DNA of 33,784 nt from a virus (Duplodnaviria > Caudoviricetes): positions 1 through 33,784 of IMG/VR virus record IMGVR_UViG_3300020045_014749. One strand, given 5' to 3'. The notes beneath the pieces are model-generated. The model was not told the origin of the DNA and did no database searches. It saw nothing but the letters and a program-made list of their open reading frames with translations. The translations under genes were made by a program, and so were the position numbers. Below, piece after piece: positions 16,845 through 26,817 of this stretch. Every line of letters begins with the position of its first letter. Positions within the stretch are counted from its first letter, which is position 1.

Positions 16845-17825
16845 ATGGCTATTACCACTACCGGATGGGATGGCACAAGTGGGGCAAACCCGAACACTTG
16901 CAAGATCAGTATAGCCAACGGCGATCTCTTGAGTGACCTGATTACTGCTGTTGAAGCATTTCTAACAACTCATAACTGGGCATTGTATGATGCCGTGGCT
17001 GGAACCAATGCCAGAGCATATCGCTGTCTGGCTCTACCCGATGCTAATGCGGTGACGCACTACGGGTATATCGTGCTTGACTACAATACCAGCGGCTATT
17101 TACTGCTCAAACACTATGAGTCATGGAATGCAACAACGCATGTCGGCACCAATCTCGCAATACGAAGTGACTCCACAACTTATTGCCAGCGAGTACCAGC
17201 AAATACCACAGGTACATTTACAGCTACTGGCTGGCTTCGTATTCATGCCTCAAAATTCGGGATTGTTCTGGTAGGTAACAATGGAGCTAATACGGGCTGT
17301 GCAGGCGATTCTGGCCCAACCTTCGTATTTCAAACCTCCCGTGTATGTCCTGAAGATACGGTAACACTAGGGTATGCAAAATGGGTGTGGGGCACTACCC
17401 ATGGGCTAGGTCTCAACGACAGTTGGCCCTTATCAGTGTCACGCTCTCCCTCTGGTGTAAGTGGTTCCACTTATATGGCGGTTACTACAGACTTCGGATA
17501 CTCTGGCCACTTCAATGGTAATCCTTCATATGCCGGTAATACATTGATGCCTGCACGCGTAGATTATAGCACGAGTAAGCTCAATTTTAGCAACATCCGG
17601 GCAAAAGGGGCATTTTCAGACGCAACATCATCTAATACTTTTGGCACAGTGCTTGATTTAATAGCTGTAACGAACACACAAGGTTCAACCAATACTGACG
17701 ATATAACGTTCAACGTGGACGAAGAGCCAAACTTTGGTGGGGCGGCATTCGCACATGCTGGCGGCACTCCTCAGGCATGGTGGTTGATCGGCGGCACAAC
17801 CCTCCGCTTGGCGATAAGGAAATAA
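16845..17825 (+). CDS. Putative virion/receptor-binding protein
   Basis: GGAGG RBS; Thr/Gly/Ser-rich; visibly lower GC than the core tail genes. Confidence 0.55.
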   Translation: MAITTTGWDGTSGANPNTCKISIANGDLLSDLITAVEAFLTTHNWALYDAVAGTNARAYRCLALPDANAVTHYGYIVLDYNTSGYLLLKHYESWNATTHVGTNLAIRSDSTTYCQRVPANTTGTFTATGWLRIHASKFGIVLVGNNGANTGCAGDSGPTFVFQTSRVCPEDTVTLGYAKWVWGTTHGLGLNDSWPLSVSRSPSGVSGSTYMAVTTDFGYSGHFNGNPSYAGNTLMPARVDYSTSKLNFSNIRAKGAFSDATSSNTFGTVLDLIAVTNTQGSTNTDDITFNVDEEPNFGGAAFAHAGGTPQAWWLIGGTTLRLAIRK

Positions 17826-17826
17826 C

Positions 17827-18069
17827 ATGGCTACGTTACTTACTGTCAATCAAAGTGGTCTTCACTCACATGGAGAAGCGCACTATGCCACATTCTACGA
17901 CCCGCCACCGTTACCTGGTAAGCTGATCTCCACATATATCTACGATACAATTCAAGGCACTGCCGTTGTTCCGGCTGTCGAAGATGTCCGTACTGGTGTT
18001 CCTGTTGGCGCTGGCTTGACTGGCACCTTGGAAACCGGTGGCGGGGAATCATGGTACATCGGCCGATGA
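17827..18069 (+). CDS. Small virion-associated hypothetical protein
   Basis: AAGGA RBS; VPAVEDVRTGVPVG...TGTL. Confidence 0.55.
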   Translation: MATLLTVNQSGLHSHGEAHYATFYDPPPLPGKLISTYIYDTIQGTAVVPAVEDVRTGVPVGAGLTGTLETGGGESWYIGR

Positions 18070-18503
18070 CCCACCTCACCCTGATCTTCTCCACCCGCAC
18101 CAACCCGGCCAGCGCCCTGATCCGCGCCGCCGTCTGGAGCCGGTGGAGCCACGTCGGGGTGATCGATTACGACCGGGGCACGGTGATCGAGGCGGTGATG
18201 ATCCACGGCGTCCGGGAGATCCCGCTGGACCAGGCGGTGGAAAACGCCAGCCGTTTCGAGCTGGCCAACATCCGCTGTGCCGCTCCGGCTTGTGCCCTGG
18301 CTCTGATTCGTTCCCAGGTCGGCAAGGGATATGACTACGGCGCCCTGGCGGGGCTGGCGCTGCATCGGGACTGGCAACACGCCGCCCGCTGGTTCTGCTC
18401 CGAATTGATCACCTGGGGTATCGAGACTTCTGGCACCCGCCTGTTCCGCCCCGAATCGATGCACCGCATCACCCAGCAGGATTTGTACGCGCGCTCGTTT
18501 TAA
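18066..18503 (+). CDS. Permuted papain-like (YiiX/YebB, NlpC/P60-like) amidase
   Basis: WSHVG...IEA...GV...GKGYD...WFCSEL (His before Cys). Confidence 0.85.
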   Translation: MTHLTLIFSTRTNPASALIRAAVWSRWSHVGVIDYDRGTVIEAVMIHGVREIPLDQAVENASRFELANIRCAAPACALALIRSQVGKGYDYGALAGLALHRDWQHAARWFCSELITWGIETSGTRLFRPESMHRITQQDLYARSF

Positions 18504-18512
18504 AACATCACC

Positions 18513-18540
18513 GTAGGGTCGCGGGCTTGCCCCGCCCTGG
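18513..18540 (+). repeat. GTAG-type REP-like palindrome, copy 3
   Basis: GTAGGGTCGCGGGCTTGCCCCGCCCTGG. Confidence 0.6.
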
Positions 18541-18559
18541 TTACAAAAGGAGAAACATC

Positions 18560-19000
18560 ATGCAAAGCGCTCCAAAAGGATTCGACGTATCAGCGGTAAT
18601 TAACGGCAGCAATCTATCGGCATGGGTACCGTTCGGTGAAAGCAGCCGGGTAAAGATCCGCTATATCCCCCGCGACAAGCTCCGCGAAATATCGGCAAAA
18701 TCAATGACGGTAAATTTCGACCCGAAAACCCGTCAGAAGCGGGAGGAAGTTGACCCCCTCAAGTGGGATACCCTTTTGGGCAAGGAAGCGATTGAGGACT
18801 GGGACGGCTTCGTCACAGGGGACAACGTTTGCCCGTGTACCCCGGAAAATATCGAGCTCTTTATGAGTCGCTGGTCCGAATTTGCAAAGTTTATCGGTGA
18901 CGTCTGCGTCGACCTGGAAAATTTGCAGGCTGCCGATCTGGAAGCCGCAAGAAAAAACTCCGGGAATTCCTCTGCGCAAGGGCCGACTATCCAGCCATAA
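18560..19000 (+). CDS. Tail assembly chaperone (gpG-like)
   Basis: AAAGGAG RBS; IEDWDG; precedes the tape measure; slippery site near its end. Confidence 0.8.
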   Translation: MQSAPKGFDVSAVINGSNLSAWVPFGESSRVKIRYIPRDKLREISAKSMTVNFDPKTRQKREEVDPLKWDTLLGKEAIEDWDGFVTGDNVCPCTPENIELFMSRWSEFAKFIGDVCVDLENLQAADLEAARKNSGNSSAQGPTIQP

Positions 19001-19272
19001 ACTGCGACAGTTGCCGTGAAGCGGAGGAAACGGACGGCATCATCCCGCCGTGCGAAACCACCGAGGGATGCGTGATCCCGGTCTTGCACCCTCGCAGCGA
19101 GCGAGCCTTGGAAATCAGGGGGAAACTCTCACGGTTGGCGCAGCTCAACATTGGCGGCCGGGTGTTGGAGTTGTACAACGCGGATTTGATTGACCTGGAA
19201 ATGATCGCGATTATTGAAGACGAATTGAGACAGTCAGAGGAAAATCCGGCACAAACCCCGCGCGAGGAATGA
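18952..19272 (+). CDS. -1 frameshift extension of the chaperone (gpGT-like)
   Basis: In-frame A AAA AAC at 18952-18958; the -1 frame is open (LREFLCARADYPAINCDSC...) to 19272. Confidence 0.8.
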   Translation, partial: KKLREFLCARADYPAINCDSCREAEETDGIIPPCETTEGCVIPVLHPRSERALEIRGKLSRLAQLNIGGRVLELYNADLIDLEMIAIIEDELRQSEENPAQTPREE

Positions 19273-19273
19273 T

Positions 19274-21787
19274 ATGGCTAAGGACGTCAGATTTTTAATA
19301 GGGGCAAACGTTGATCGTGCCGAACAGGAGATCCGGAAGTTGCAACGGACCGGAGAGGATGTCGGCGATCGTCTCGGCCGCGCCTTCGAAACCCTGGGGA
19401 CGAAGTCATCGATGGCTATCGACCGGCAGAAAGATTCGATCAACCGCGCATATGAAAGCATCAAGAACTCCGGGGTTGCCTCTGCCGACGAAATCACCCG
19501 CGCGGAAAAAGCCCGTGCCGATAAGATCGTACAGATCGATGAAGAGCATTTCGGAAAACGCAGTTCGCTCCTGGAAAGTTTCAAGCAAAATTGGATGGCC
19601 GTCACCGCGGCCATTGCCGGCGCATGGTTTGCCGTCACCCAGGCGTGGAACCTGGCCGGTGAGGCGGCCAAGGGATTGCAGCAGCGCGCCTCATTTTCCA
19701 ACCTGGCCGCATCGCACGGCGTCGCCTCCAGCCAGATCATAGCCGACCTGAAGCGTTCCTCCGCCGAAACGATAGCTACCAGGGACCTGATCGAAAAGGC
19801 GGGCACTGCCATGCTGCTCGGAATTCCCGCCGACAAACTCTCAAAACTGATGGAGATTGCCCGCGCTTCGGCCCGTGTTACCGGCCAAAGCATGACCAAA
19901 TCATTCGAGGATATATCCCTCGGCGTCGCGCGGCAATCCCGGCTGATCATGGACAACCTGGGGATTATTATCCAGGAAGAAAAGGCCAACAAAACCTATG
20001 CGGCGGCCCTCGGTAAAACGGCAGAGCAGTTGACCGATGCCGAAAAACGCCAGGCATTCATGAATGCCACCCTCGAAGCCGGTGATGAGATGATCAAGCG
20101 GGTAGGGATTACCGGGATGAGCACGGCGGAGAAGATGCAGCGGCTTGAGGCCCGCATGAAAGATCTGAAAGAAGTCGTCGGTGTCGGTCTGCTGGCGGTG
20201 CTTAATGTGGTAAGTGGCGCCCTGAACCTCGCGGCTTCCGGCGCGCTCTATTTGTCCGGCGCGCTCTTCAAGGTAGGGCAGGGGGTTGCGTGGTTGACCG
20301 GCAATAAAGATGCCATGGCGGAATGGAAAATCAACGCCGACGCCGCGTTTGGTGCGGCAAAGGATCTGGGAAAAAAAGGTCTCGGGGACCTCAGTACAGC
20401 GATGGATCTGGCCACGGGCAAGATCGGCCCGCTCAACGCCAACACTAAAAAAATGGAGGAGGCCGCCAAGGCCGCCGCCGAAGCGGAACAGAAGCGCAAG
20501 GAATATTTAAAAGCTTCGGCGGAGGCGGTTGGCAATTATGCCAAATCGGTTTCCGAACTGGGAAAGGCGCAGCTCAAGCTGGCTGAAAATGGCTTCAGCC
20601 GCGATCTCCAGCGTCAGGAAGAATATTTCAAAAAGAACCAGTCCCTGGCCGCCAACCTGGCAGCGCCGTTGCGCAACTATCTGGGCGTCCTTGATACGGT
20701 GTATGGCGCGCAGTTGAAGGCCCACCGGGATATCGAGGATGTGCTGAAAAAGATCGGCGCCGAAAAGAAAATCCAGCTCAGCGCGCAGCTTTCCGCGCTG
20801 CAGGTGGAAAAGACATACAGCGAGGCGTCCCTGAAAGCCTGGGGTGATTACCTCGGCTCCCTGAAAACGATGTATGCCACGGCCATTGACGACATCAAGA
20901 AAAAACAGGTCGAACTGACGGAGTTGCAAAAATATGGCGCCGACAACCGGAAGGCTTTGCAGGACAAATATTTCCCGACCCCTCCGCAACTCGATCCTTA
21001 TGTGAAATTTTATGACGACTTGAACGCCGCCGATGCGTCCATGTCATCGGCAATGCAGCTCACCGGGGACAAGCGGATCGAGGCAATCAAGAAAACGATT
21101 GACCTGCTGAAGACCATGCCGGAGGAGGTTTCCTCCGGAGACGATGTGCTGATATCCCGGCAGGAGATTTATGAAAAAATAACCTCACGGGCAAACGAGT
21201 GGCAGAAAGAAGCCGAAGCGGCAAAGCAGGCGCAGATCGACACCGCAAAGACCGCCGCGCAGGTTTTGGCGCAAGAGATGTCCCGTGCCGAAGAGGCGAT
21301 GGCCGCGCTGGAAACGAAAATAGTCAACCTTGACGGCAAGATCGTTTCCCTTTCCCGCACTGTTACCCTGACCCTTAATGACCAGGTAACCGGCGGGGTG
21401 GCCAACATCCAATTCGCTATTGACGGGCTGAAGTCCGGCCGGTCGGTTGCCGCAAGTTATGTCAGCTCCATCCCTGGCCGCAGCAGCAGTTCGTCCCCCA
21501 GTGAATATTACGAGTCAAACGGCTCGATGTATTGGGGTGACGGCAGTTATGCCGGTCCGTCGCTTGCGGTCGGGACCAACCGCGTCCCTGCGGATGGATT
21601 CGCTTTCCTTCACAAGGATGAGGCTGTTGTCCCGGCAAAATACAATCCCGCTGCTGGTGGCACTTCTCCCGGATCCGGAGCCGCCGTAACCATCACCGGC
21701 AACATCATCCTCCCCAACGTCACCAACCAGACCACCGCCCGCGAACTGTTCGCGGAATTCCAGAAACTCGGCCGCATGGCGGCATAA
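19274..21787 (+). CDS. Tail tape measure protein
   Basis: 837 aa, Ala/Lys-rich helical; RLIMDNLGI; C-terminal AVGTNRVP...LHKDEAVVP. Confidence 0.9.
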   Translation: MAKDVRFLIGANVDRAEQEIRKLQRTGEDVGDRLGRAFETLGTKSSMAIDRQKDSINRAYESIKNSGVASADEITRAEKARADKIVQIDEEHFGKRSSLLESFKQNWMAVTAAIAGAWFAVTQAWNLAGEAAKGLQQRASFSNLAASHGVASSQIIADLKRSSAETIATRDLIEKAGTAMLLGIPADKLSKLMEIARASARVTGQSMTKSFEDISLGVARQSRLIMDNLGIIIQEEKANKTYAAALGKTAEQLTDAEKRQAFMNATLEAGDEMIKRVGITGMSTAEKMQRLEARMKDLKEVVGVGLLAVLNVVSGALNLAASGALYLSGALFKVGQGVAWLTGNKDAMAEWKINADAAFGAAKDLGKKGLGDLSTAMDLATGKIGPLNANTKKMEEAAKAAAEAEQKRKEYLKASAEAVGNYAKSVSELGKAQLKLAENGFSRDLQRQEEYFKKNQSLAANLAAPLRNYLGVLDTVYGAQLKAHRDIEDVLKKIGAEKKIQLSAQLSALQVEKTYSEASLKAWGDYLGSLKTMYATAIDDIKKKQVELTELQKYGADNRKALQDKYFPTPPQLDPYVKFYDDLNAADASMSSAMQLTGDKRIEAIKKTIDLLKTMPEEVSSGDDVLISRQEIYEKITSRANEWQKEAEAAKQAQIDTAKTAAQVLAQEMSRAEEAMAALETKIVNLDGKIVSLSRTVTLTLNDQVTGGVANIQFAIDGLKSGRSVAASYVSSIPGRSSSSSPSEYYESNGSMYWGDGSYAGPSLAVGTNRVPADGFAFLHKDEAVVPAKYNPAAGGTSPGSGAAVTITGNIILPNVTNQTTARELFAEFQKLGRMAA

Positions 21788-21801
21788 AAAGGAGATTAAT
21801 C

Positions 21802-21984
21802 ATGTGGACAGTAGACAGCAGATGCAGCCAGTGCGGCCATAAAGAAGACCCCTGCAAAGATCGTCCGGCCATCGTTACCGCGCTGGTGACGCTTTCCAAC
21901 GAGCTGAACACCAACCCGGTGCATCTGGCCAGCCCCGGCGACGGCATCCTGATCATGGCCTGCAACGACTTCACCCCGAAATAA
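21802..21984 (+). CDS. Small Cys-rich protein
   Basis: AAAGGAG RBS; CSQC...C...C. Confidence 0.6.
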   Translation: MWTVDSRCSQCGHKEDPCKDRPAIVTALVTLSNELNTNPVHLASPGDGILIMACNDFTPK

Positions 21985-22884
21985 ATGCTCCGCCCGCAGA
22001 ACTATACGCCACCCGGCTATGTCCGGGACGGCTACTGCGCCCCCTGGTCGACGCTCTACGTCCGTGACGGCTATGTCCAGCCCGGCTATGTCCGGACTAC
22101 GCCGCGCCCCGTCAATCATCCGCTGATGTCGTTCGACCTGGCGCGCATGCCGGGGTATCCGGAATACACCATCGAATTTGACCAGTGGACGAAGGAATCC
22201 GGCGGCGGGTCGCGGAGTGTCGGTGATCCCTACGCCGTGCGGCTGTACATGACCCTCTCCTGGCCGTCCATCTGCACAGCCGATCGGGACAACCTGGAGA
22301 CGTTTTTCCGCACCGTCGCCCGGGCCCAGTCCGAGCGGTGGACCTGGTGGAACCCGATCCACGGCAACGCCCTGCCGGTCCGGTTCGCCGATGCGAACTT
22401 CCCGGAGACGCCCGAGGTCGGCTACGGCTATCACCGCCTCGACGGCCTGCGGCTGATGGTGGATGTCAACTATCCCGGCCAGATGCCGACCGGAGCGCCG
22501 AACTATGTCAACGGCATGGGTACGGCGCTTGCCGCCGGCAGCGCCCTGATGTTGTTCCCGCCGCCGTCGCGGCCCGGCAGCGGCTACGGTGTCTCCACCC
22601 GCCACGCCCTGGAGGACTCCTCCGCCGGGGAGCCGGTGGTCTACCGCACCGGCAAGAGCGCGCGGCGCGTCTGGAACCTGACCTGGAACGATCTGCGCTA
22701 CATCCACTGGCTCCGTCTGCAGGCGCTGTTCTGCACGTTCGTGCGCGGGCAGGCCAATCCGTTCACCTGGTACGACACGGACGGCTCCACCCGCACCCTG
22801 CGTCTGGCCGGTCCCCGCATCACCGTCAAGCAGCTCGGCTATGACCGTTTCACCTGCACACTACCCCTGCTGGAGGATATCTGA
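21985..22884 (+). CDS. Distal-tail-like protein (two similar halves)
   Basis: Position after the TMP; parallel motifs FFRTVARAQSERWTW / LFCTFVRGQANPFTW. Confidence 0.6.
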   Translation: MLRPQNYTPPGYVRDGYCAPWSTLYVRDGYVQPGYVRTTPRPVNHPLMSFDLARMPGYPEYTIEFDQWTKESGGGSRSVGDPYAVRLYMTLSWPSICTADRDNLETFFRTVARAQSERWTWWNPIHGNALPVRFADANFPETPEVGYGYHRLDGLRLMVDVNYPGQMPTGAPNYVNGMGTALAAGSALMLFPPPSRPGSGYGVSTRHALEDSSAGEPVVYRTGKSARRVWNLTWNDLRYIHWLRLQALFCTFVRGQANPFTWYDTDGSTRTLRLAGPRITVKQLGYDRFTCTLPLLEDI

Positions 22885-25652
22885 TGCGGAATTTTCCCGC
22901 CGCTTTTGCCGCCCAGGTTGTCCGCCGTGACGGCGCGGCCCCGGTGTGGCTGCTCCGCTTCATCGCCGGCGGGGTCGATTACGTCCTCTGTCAGGACGCC
23001 GTCACCATCACCCCGTGGGGTATAACCGCCCTGCCGCTGATCGCCTCGTGGGGGCGCGTCTTCGAGGGGGTGTCAAATACCCTGGCCGATTACCGCATCG
23101 CCGATCTGTCGGTAAACCTGATCAATAATCCCGCCGCCGCCACCCCCCTGCGCAGCCGGGTCAAATCCCGCCAGCTGCACGGCATCGCCGCCTCGGTCTA
23201 TCTCTGGTTCGACGGCTGCAGTGATGCTCCCCAGGAGATGTACCGTTTCCGCGCCCGCGACATCGATTTGCCGTCGGAGGCGCTGATCAACCTGGAGCTC
23301 CAGGACGAATCGATCCGCTTCGAGAATTATTACCCCGGCACGGTCCTGACCGTCGACCAATACCCGGACGCGGATCCGGACGACATCGGCAAGATTCTGC
23401 CGATCATCGTCGGCAGTATCGACAAATCACTGGCCCTGTCGGTGGACGCCGGTCTCAAAACCACGCTGGCCGCCGGGATGTCGGCGGTGCAGACGACGAT
23501 GACGGTATCCGATGCGGAGCGGTTCTGGATCGGCATGTGGGCGGGGATCGATGACGAAACCGTGCTGGTCACCGACATCTCCGGATCGACGGTCACGGTC
23601 ACCCGCGCCCAGGACGGGACCGTGGCGACGACCCACCAGCGGGGCGCGGATGTGATCGAGATCCGCCCGAACGATTTCGCCTATCTGGTCGCGGACCATC
23701 CGCTGCAGTCGCTCGGCAAGGTGTGGGCGCGGTTCGGCAACAAGACGCTGGACGTGACCTCGATTGCCACCGGCTATACCGGTCAGCCCGGCAGCGAACA
23801 CGCCTCCTATCCCGGCCAGGCGGTCGTCACCGTCCCCGGTTTCATCACCATCTCCCAGGCGGCGCAGCTGATGCTGACCGACGGCATCGGCGTCTCGGAT
23901 CTGCTGGAGGTGGTTGACGGCCTCGGCGTCTCCGACGCCATCATCATCACCGACGGCAAGGGGGTCAGCAGCACCTACAGCATCTCAGACGGCAAGATCT
24001 GGCAGGACGGCATCGATGTAACCGACACGATCGGTATCAGCAACCTGCTATCGGTCCTGGACCAGATCACGGTCGGGGATAATATCGCGGTGTCTGACAC
24101 GATCGGCATTTCCGACGCGATCCTGGTCGGAGATAATATCGACGTGTCCGACACCATCGGCGTGTCCGACACGATCGGCGTTTCGGACGGGATCGGGGTT
24201 TCCACCTCGGCCCACTCCCACACCGTCAACCAGAGCCTCACCCAGGCCGCCACCGGCACCGGAACGCTGGCGTACGGATCGTCCGGCATTCCGGTGGTGG
24301 TGACAAACAGCCTCTCCTTTGCGGCTTACCCCGGCACGCTGGTGCAGCAGACAATGAGCTTTTCCATCAAGTTCACCGGCGCCAAGATTATCGTTATCGA
24401 CGGCACGACCGTTTACAACTCCGGGACCCCATGGTCCGGGTCGATGTCCTACTACAAGACAACTACCGGTACCGGCTCCAGCACCTCCGTTCAGGTCACC
24501 GGCGCGAACAACACATACACCGACGTCGAGACGGCCAGCTGTACCCGCGATGTCGTCTACACCGACTCGATCTCGGCAACGCAGCCGGTGTCCAAGACCG
24601 GCGCGGCCTCCAAGACCGGCGGCGCTTCTAAGAGCGGAACTGCGGTCAAGACCGGCAACGCTTCCCGTACCGGCGCGGTGTCGCGGACCGGTTCCGCCAG
24701 CAAGACCGGTTCGGCCTCCAGAGGCGGCTCCGCGTCGCTATCGGGATCGATATCCAAGACCGGCACGGCCTCAAAAACCGGGACGATTACTGCCCTCGGT
24801 ACCATCGACTTGACCGGCGGCGTATCGCTGACCGGCACGGTGGACCGCTCCGGCGGAGTCACCCGCACCGGCAATGTAACCCGTTCCGGAGCGGTCGCCA
24901 AAACCGGCACGGTCACCCTTACCGGCAACTCGGTCGCCAACACTTTGATCGGTGACGCCATCCTGGTTGACGCGGTCTCCGCCACAACCCTCCCCGGCGA
25001 TGTTGTCGGCGCACTCCTCGGCGTCCCCTGCAACGTCATCGGCACATTCCCGGCGGGCTACGCCTTCAACGGCCAGATCAACACCTCCCGCCCGGCGTTG
25101 GCCTGGTGCCACGACCTGGCCCGGCAATGCCGCGCCTATTTCCGCTGGGTGCTCGGCACGCCGACGCTGATCGTCCGCCCCGACGTGCTGGCCCCGGTCA
25201 AAACCATCAACGAAATCCGGCTCTCCTACGGCGAGATGATCCACGGCCAGAAACTGACCGACGTCAACGAGGTTATCAACACCATCAACCTGCAATACAA
25301 CCGCGACTGGAGCGGCGGCAACTCCAACGTGCCCTACAAGAGCACTCTCACCGGCACGGACGCCGCCTCGATCACAACCTATGGCATCCGCGAACGTCCG
25401 GAGCTGTTCAAATTCGACTTCGTCACCTCTGACACCATGGCCGCCGATCTGCTGGCGTTCTATCTCCGCTGGCAGGCCTGGCAGCGCTGGCAGCATACGC
25501 AGGAGGCGTACCTGTTCGAGGCGGCACTGGAGTTCGGCGACGCGGTGACGCTCGGCTTCCTGGAGGGCGAAGTGGGGGAATGCATCGAGGTAGGTTTCAA
25601 CCCCGGCAACGGCACCAATATCGACAAAATACAACTGACCGTTATCGAATAA
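22884..25652 (+). CDS. Tail tip/hub protein with inserted repeat needle
   Basis: 922 aa; DIGKILPIIVG, SITTYGIRE; two hexapeptide repeat runs. Confidence 0.75.
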   Translation: MRNFPAAFAAQVVRRDGAAPVWLLRFIAGGVDYVLCQDAVTITPWGITALPLIASWGRVFEGVSNTLADYRIADLSVNLINNPAAATPLRSRVKSRQLHGIAASVYLWFDGCSDAPQEMYRFRARDIDLPSEALINLELQDESIRFENYYPGTVLTVDQYPDADPDDIGKILPIIVGSIDKSLALSVDAGLKTTLAAGMSAVQTTMTVSDAERFWIGMWAGIDDETVLVTDISGSTVTVTRAQDGTVATTHQRGADVIEIRPNDFAYLVADHPLQSLGKVWARFGNKTLDVTSIATGYTGQPGSEHASYPGQAVVTVPGFITISQAAQLMLTDGIGVSDLLEVVDGLGVSDAIIITDGKGVSSTYSISDGKIWQDGIDVTDTIGISNLLSVLDQITVGDNIAVSDTIGISDAILVGDNIDVSDTIGVSDTIGVSDGIGVSTSAHSHTVNQSLTQAATGTGTLAYGSSGIPVVVTNSLSFAAYPGTLVQQTMSFSIKFTGAKIIVIDGTTVYNSGTPWSGSMSYYKTTTGTGSSTSVQVTGANNTYTDVETASCTRDVVYTDSISATQPVSKTGAASKTGGASKSGTAVKTGNASRTGAVSRTGSASKTGSASRGGSASLSGSISKTGTASKTGTITALGTIDLTGGVSLTGTVDRSGGVTRTGNVTRSGAVAKTGTVTLTGNSVANTLIGDAILVDAVSATTLPGDVVGALLGVPCNVIGTFPAGYAFNGQINTSRPALAWCHDLARQCRAYFRWVLGTPTLIVRPDVLAPVKTINEIRLSYGEMIHGQKLTDVNEVINTINLQYNRDWSGGNSNVPYKSTLTGTDAASITTYGIRERPELFKFDFVTSDTMAADLLAFYLRWQAWQRWQHTQEAYLFEAALEFGDAVTLGFLEGEVGECIEVGFNPGNGTNIDKIQLTVIE

Positions 25653-25668
25653 CGGCGAGGAGGGGTGG

Positions 25669-26781
25669 ATGTCACTGGCATTGAACAAATACAGCACGCT
25701 GTTGAGGTTGCTGGAGTACGCGGAACTGGACGGCAACTGGACGGCCATCGAGACGTTTGTAAATGGCTTGCTGGCCGGCACGGGTGGGTACGAGGCCGGG
25801 AACGCGCTGAAGCTCGGCGGGGTGCTGGCCAGCGGCTATTCACCTGTGGCGGGCCCAGGCGCTGCGCAGGCGTTCAGCACTGGTGCGCTGACGTCTAACG
25901 GTCCGACTAAAGCCATCACTCCCTCCAACCTGCCCGCTTCGTTGACATACAATGCGGCAGCGACGCACATCGCAGATTGTGCCGGTGTGCAGCTCGCGCA
26001 GTCGGTCGAAATTGCGGGGGTGTTTCCCTGGTGGATGCAGGCCCGGTACACCGATAACACCGCCTGGCCGGTCGCCATAAACCCGCTGGGCGGGAAAGTC
26101 CTGGTCGGGACCATTGCTTCTGCTACCGCCGCCCTTTTGCAGGTTAATGGCGGAATCAGCGCCACAACCCACAACATCAGCGATCTCGGCACCACTGCCG
26201 TACGCTGGAAGGATTTGTGGCTGCAGTCCGGCGCGTTCAACGGTTCTGATGCCCGGCTGAAAACGGAGGTCGCGGCATTCACGCCCGCCGAAATCCAGGC
26301 TGCAAAAGAACTGGCGCGGGAAATCGGAACGTATCAATGGCTTGAATCGGTGGCAAACAAGGGCGCTGATCAGGCCCGCCTGCACACCGGCCTGACTGTC
26401 CAGCGTGCGATCGAGATAATGACCGCCAACGGTCTCGACTGGCGGCGGTATGCCTTCATCGGTTATGATCAGTGGGAGGATAGTGTCATCGAGCATCCGG
26501 CCGTCGCGCCGGTCACTGCACAGGCCGCCCAGCCCGCCGAATACGAGACACAAACACAGACTGAGACCGTAATCATCGACGGTGTAGAAACCGAACTGCA
26601 GCGGTCGGTTCTGGTTTGCATAAAGGAAGCTGTCCCGGCTGTCGAAGCCGCCCCTGCGGTGGATGCCTGGACGGAAGTGACTTTGCCGGCGGGTGACGCT
26701 TATTCATTCCGCTACGATCAGCTCAATATGTTTATCGCGAGAGGGTTTGAAGCGAGGTTGGCGGAACTGGAGGCAAAATAA
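25669..26781 (+). CDS. Tail fibre with C-terminal Peptidase S74 intramolecular chaperone
   Basis: DLGTTAVRW...SDARLKT...ARLHTGLTVQ...FRYDQL...RLAELE. Confidence 0.88.
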   Translation: MSLALNKYSTLLRLLEYAELDGNWTAIETFVNGLLAGTGGYEAGNALKLGGVLASGYSPVAGPGAAQAFSTGALTSNGPTKAITPSNLPASLTYNAAATHIADCAGVQLAQSVEIAGVFPWWMQARYTDNTAWPVAINPLGGKVLVGTIASATAALLQVNGGISATTHNISDLGTTAVRWKDLWLQSGAFNGSDARLKTEVAAFTPAEIQAAKELAREIGTYQWLESVANKGADQARLHTGLTVQRAIEIMTANGLDWRRYAFIGYDQWEDSVIEHPAVAPVTAQAAQPAEYETQTQTETVIIDGVETELQRSVLVCIKEAVPAVEAAPAVDAWTEVTLPAGDAYSFRYDQLNMFIARGFEARLAELEAK

Positions 26782-26787
26782 ATACTG

Positions 26788-26817
26788 TTGACATTAAATC
26801 TGATCGCATGCTATAAC
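26788..26817 (+). promoter_or_regulatory. Sigma70-type promoter
   Basis: TTGACA-N18-TATAAC with extended -10 TG. Confidence 0.7.

Noticed and set aside
23880-24935. DGR template/variable repeat or shufflon in the tail genes
   Set aside because: No reverse transcriptase, no adenine-specific repeat pair and no invertible segments; the repeats are protein-level
5271-25781. Long alternative-frame and antisense ORFs (e.g. 5271..6230, 11090..12001, 14552..15424, 21796..22707, 24771..25781)
   Set aside because: Shadow ORFs of GC-rich genes with clear phage products; no RBS or motifs noted
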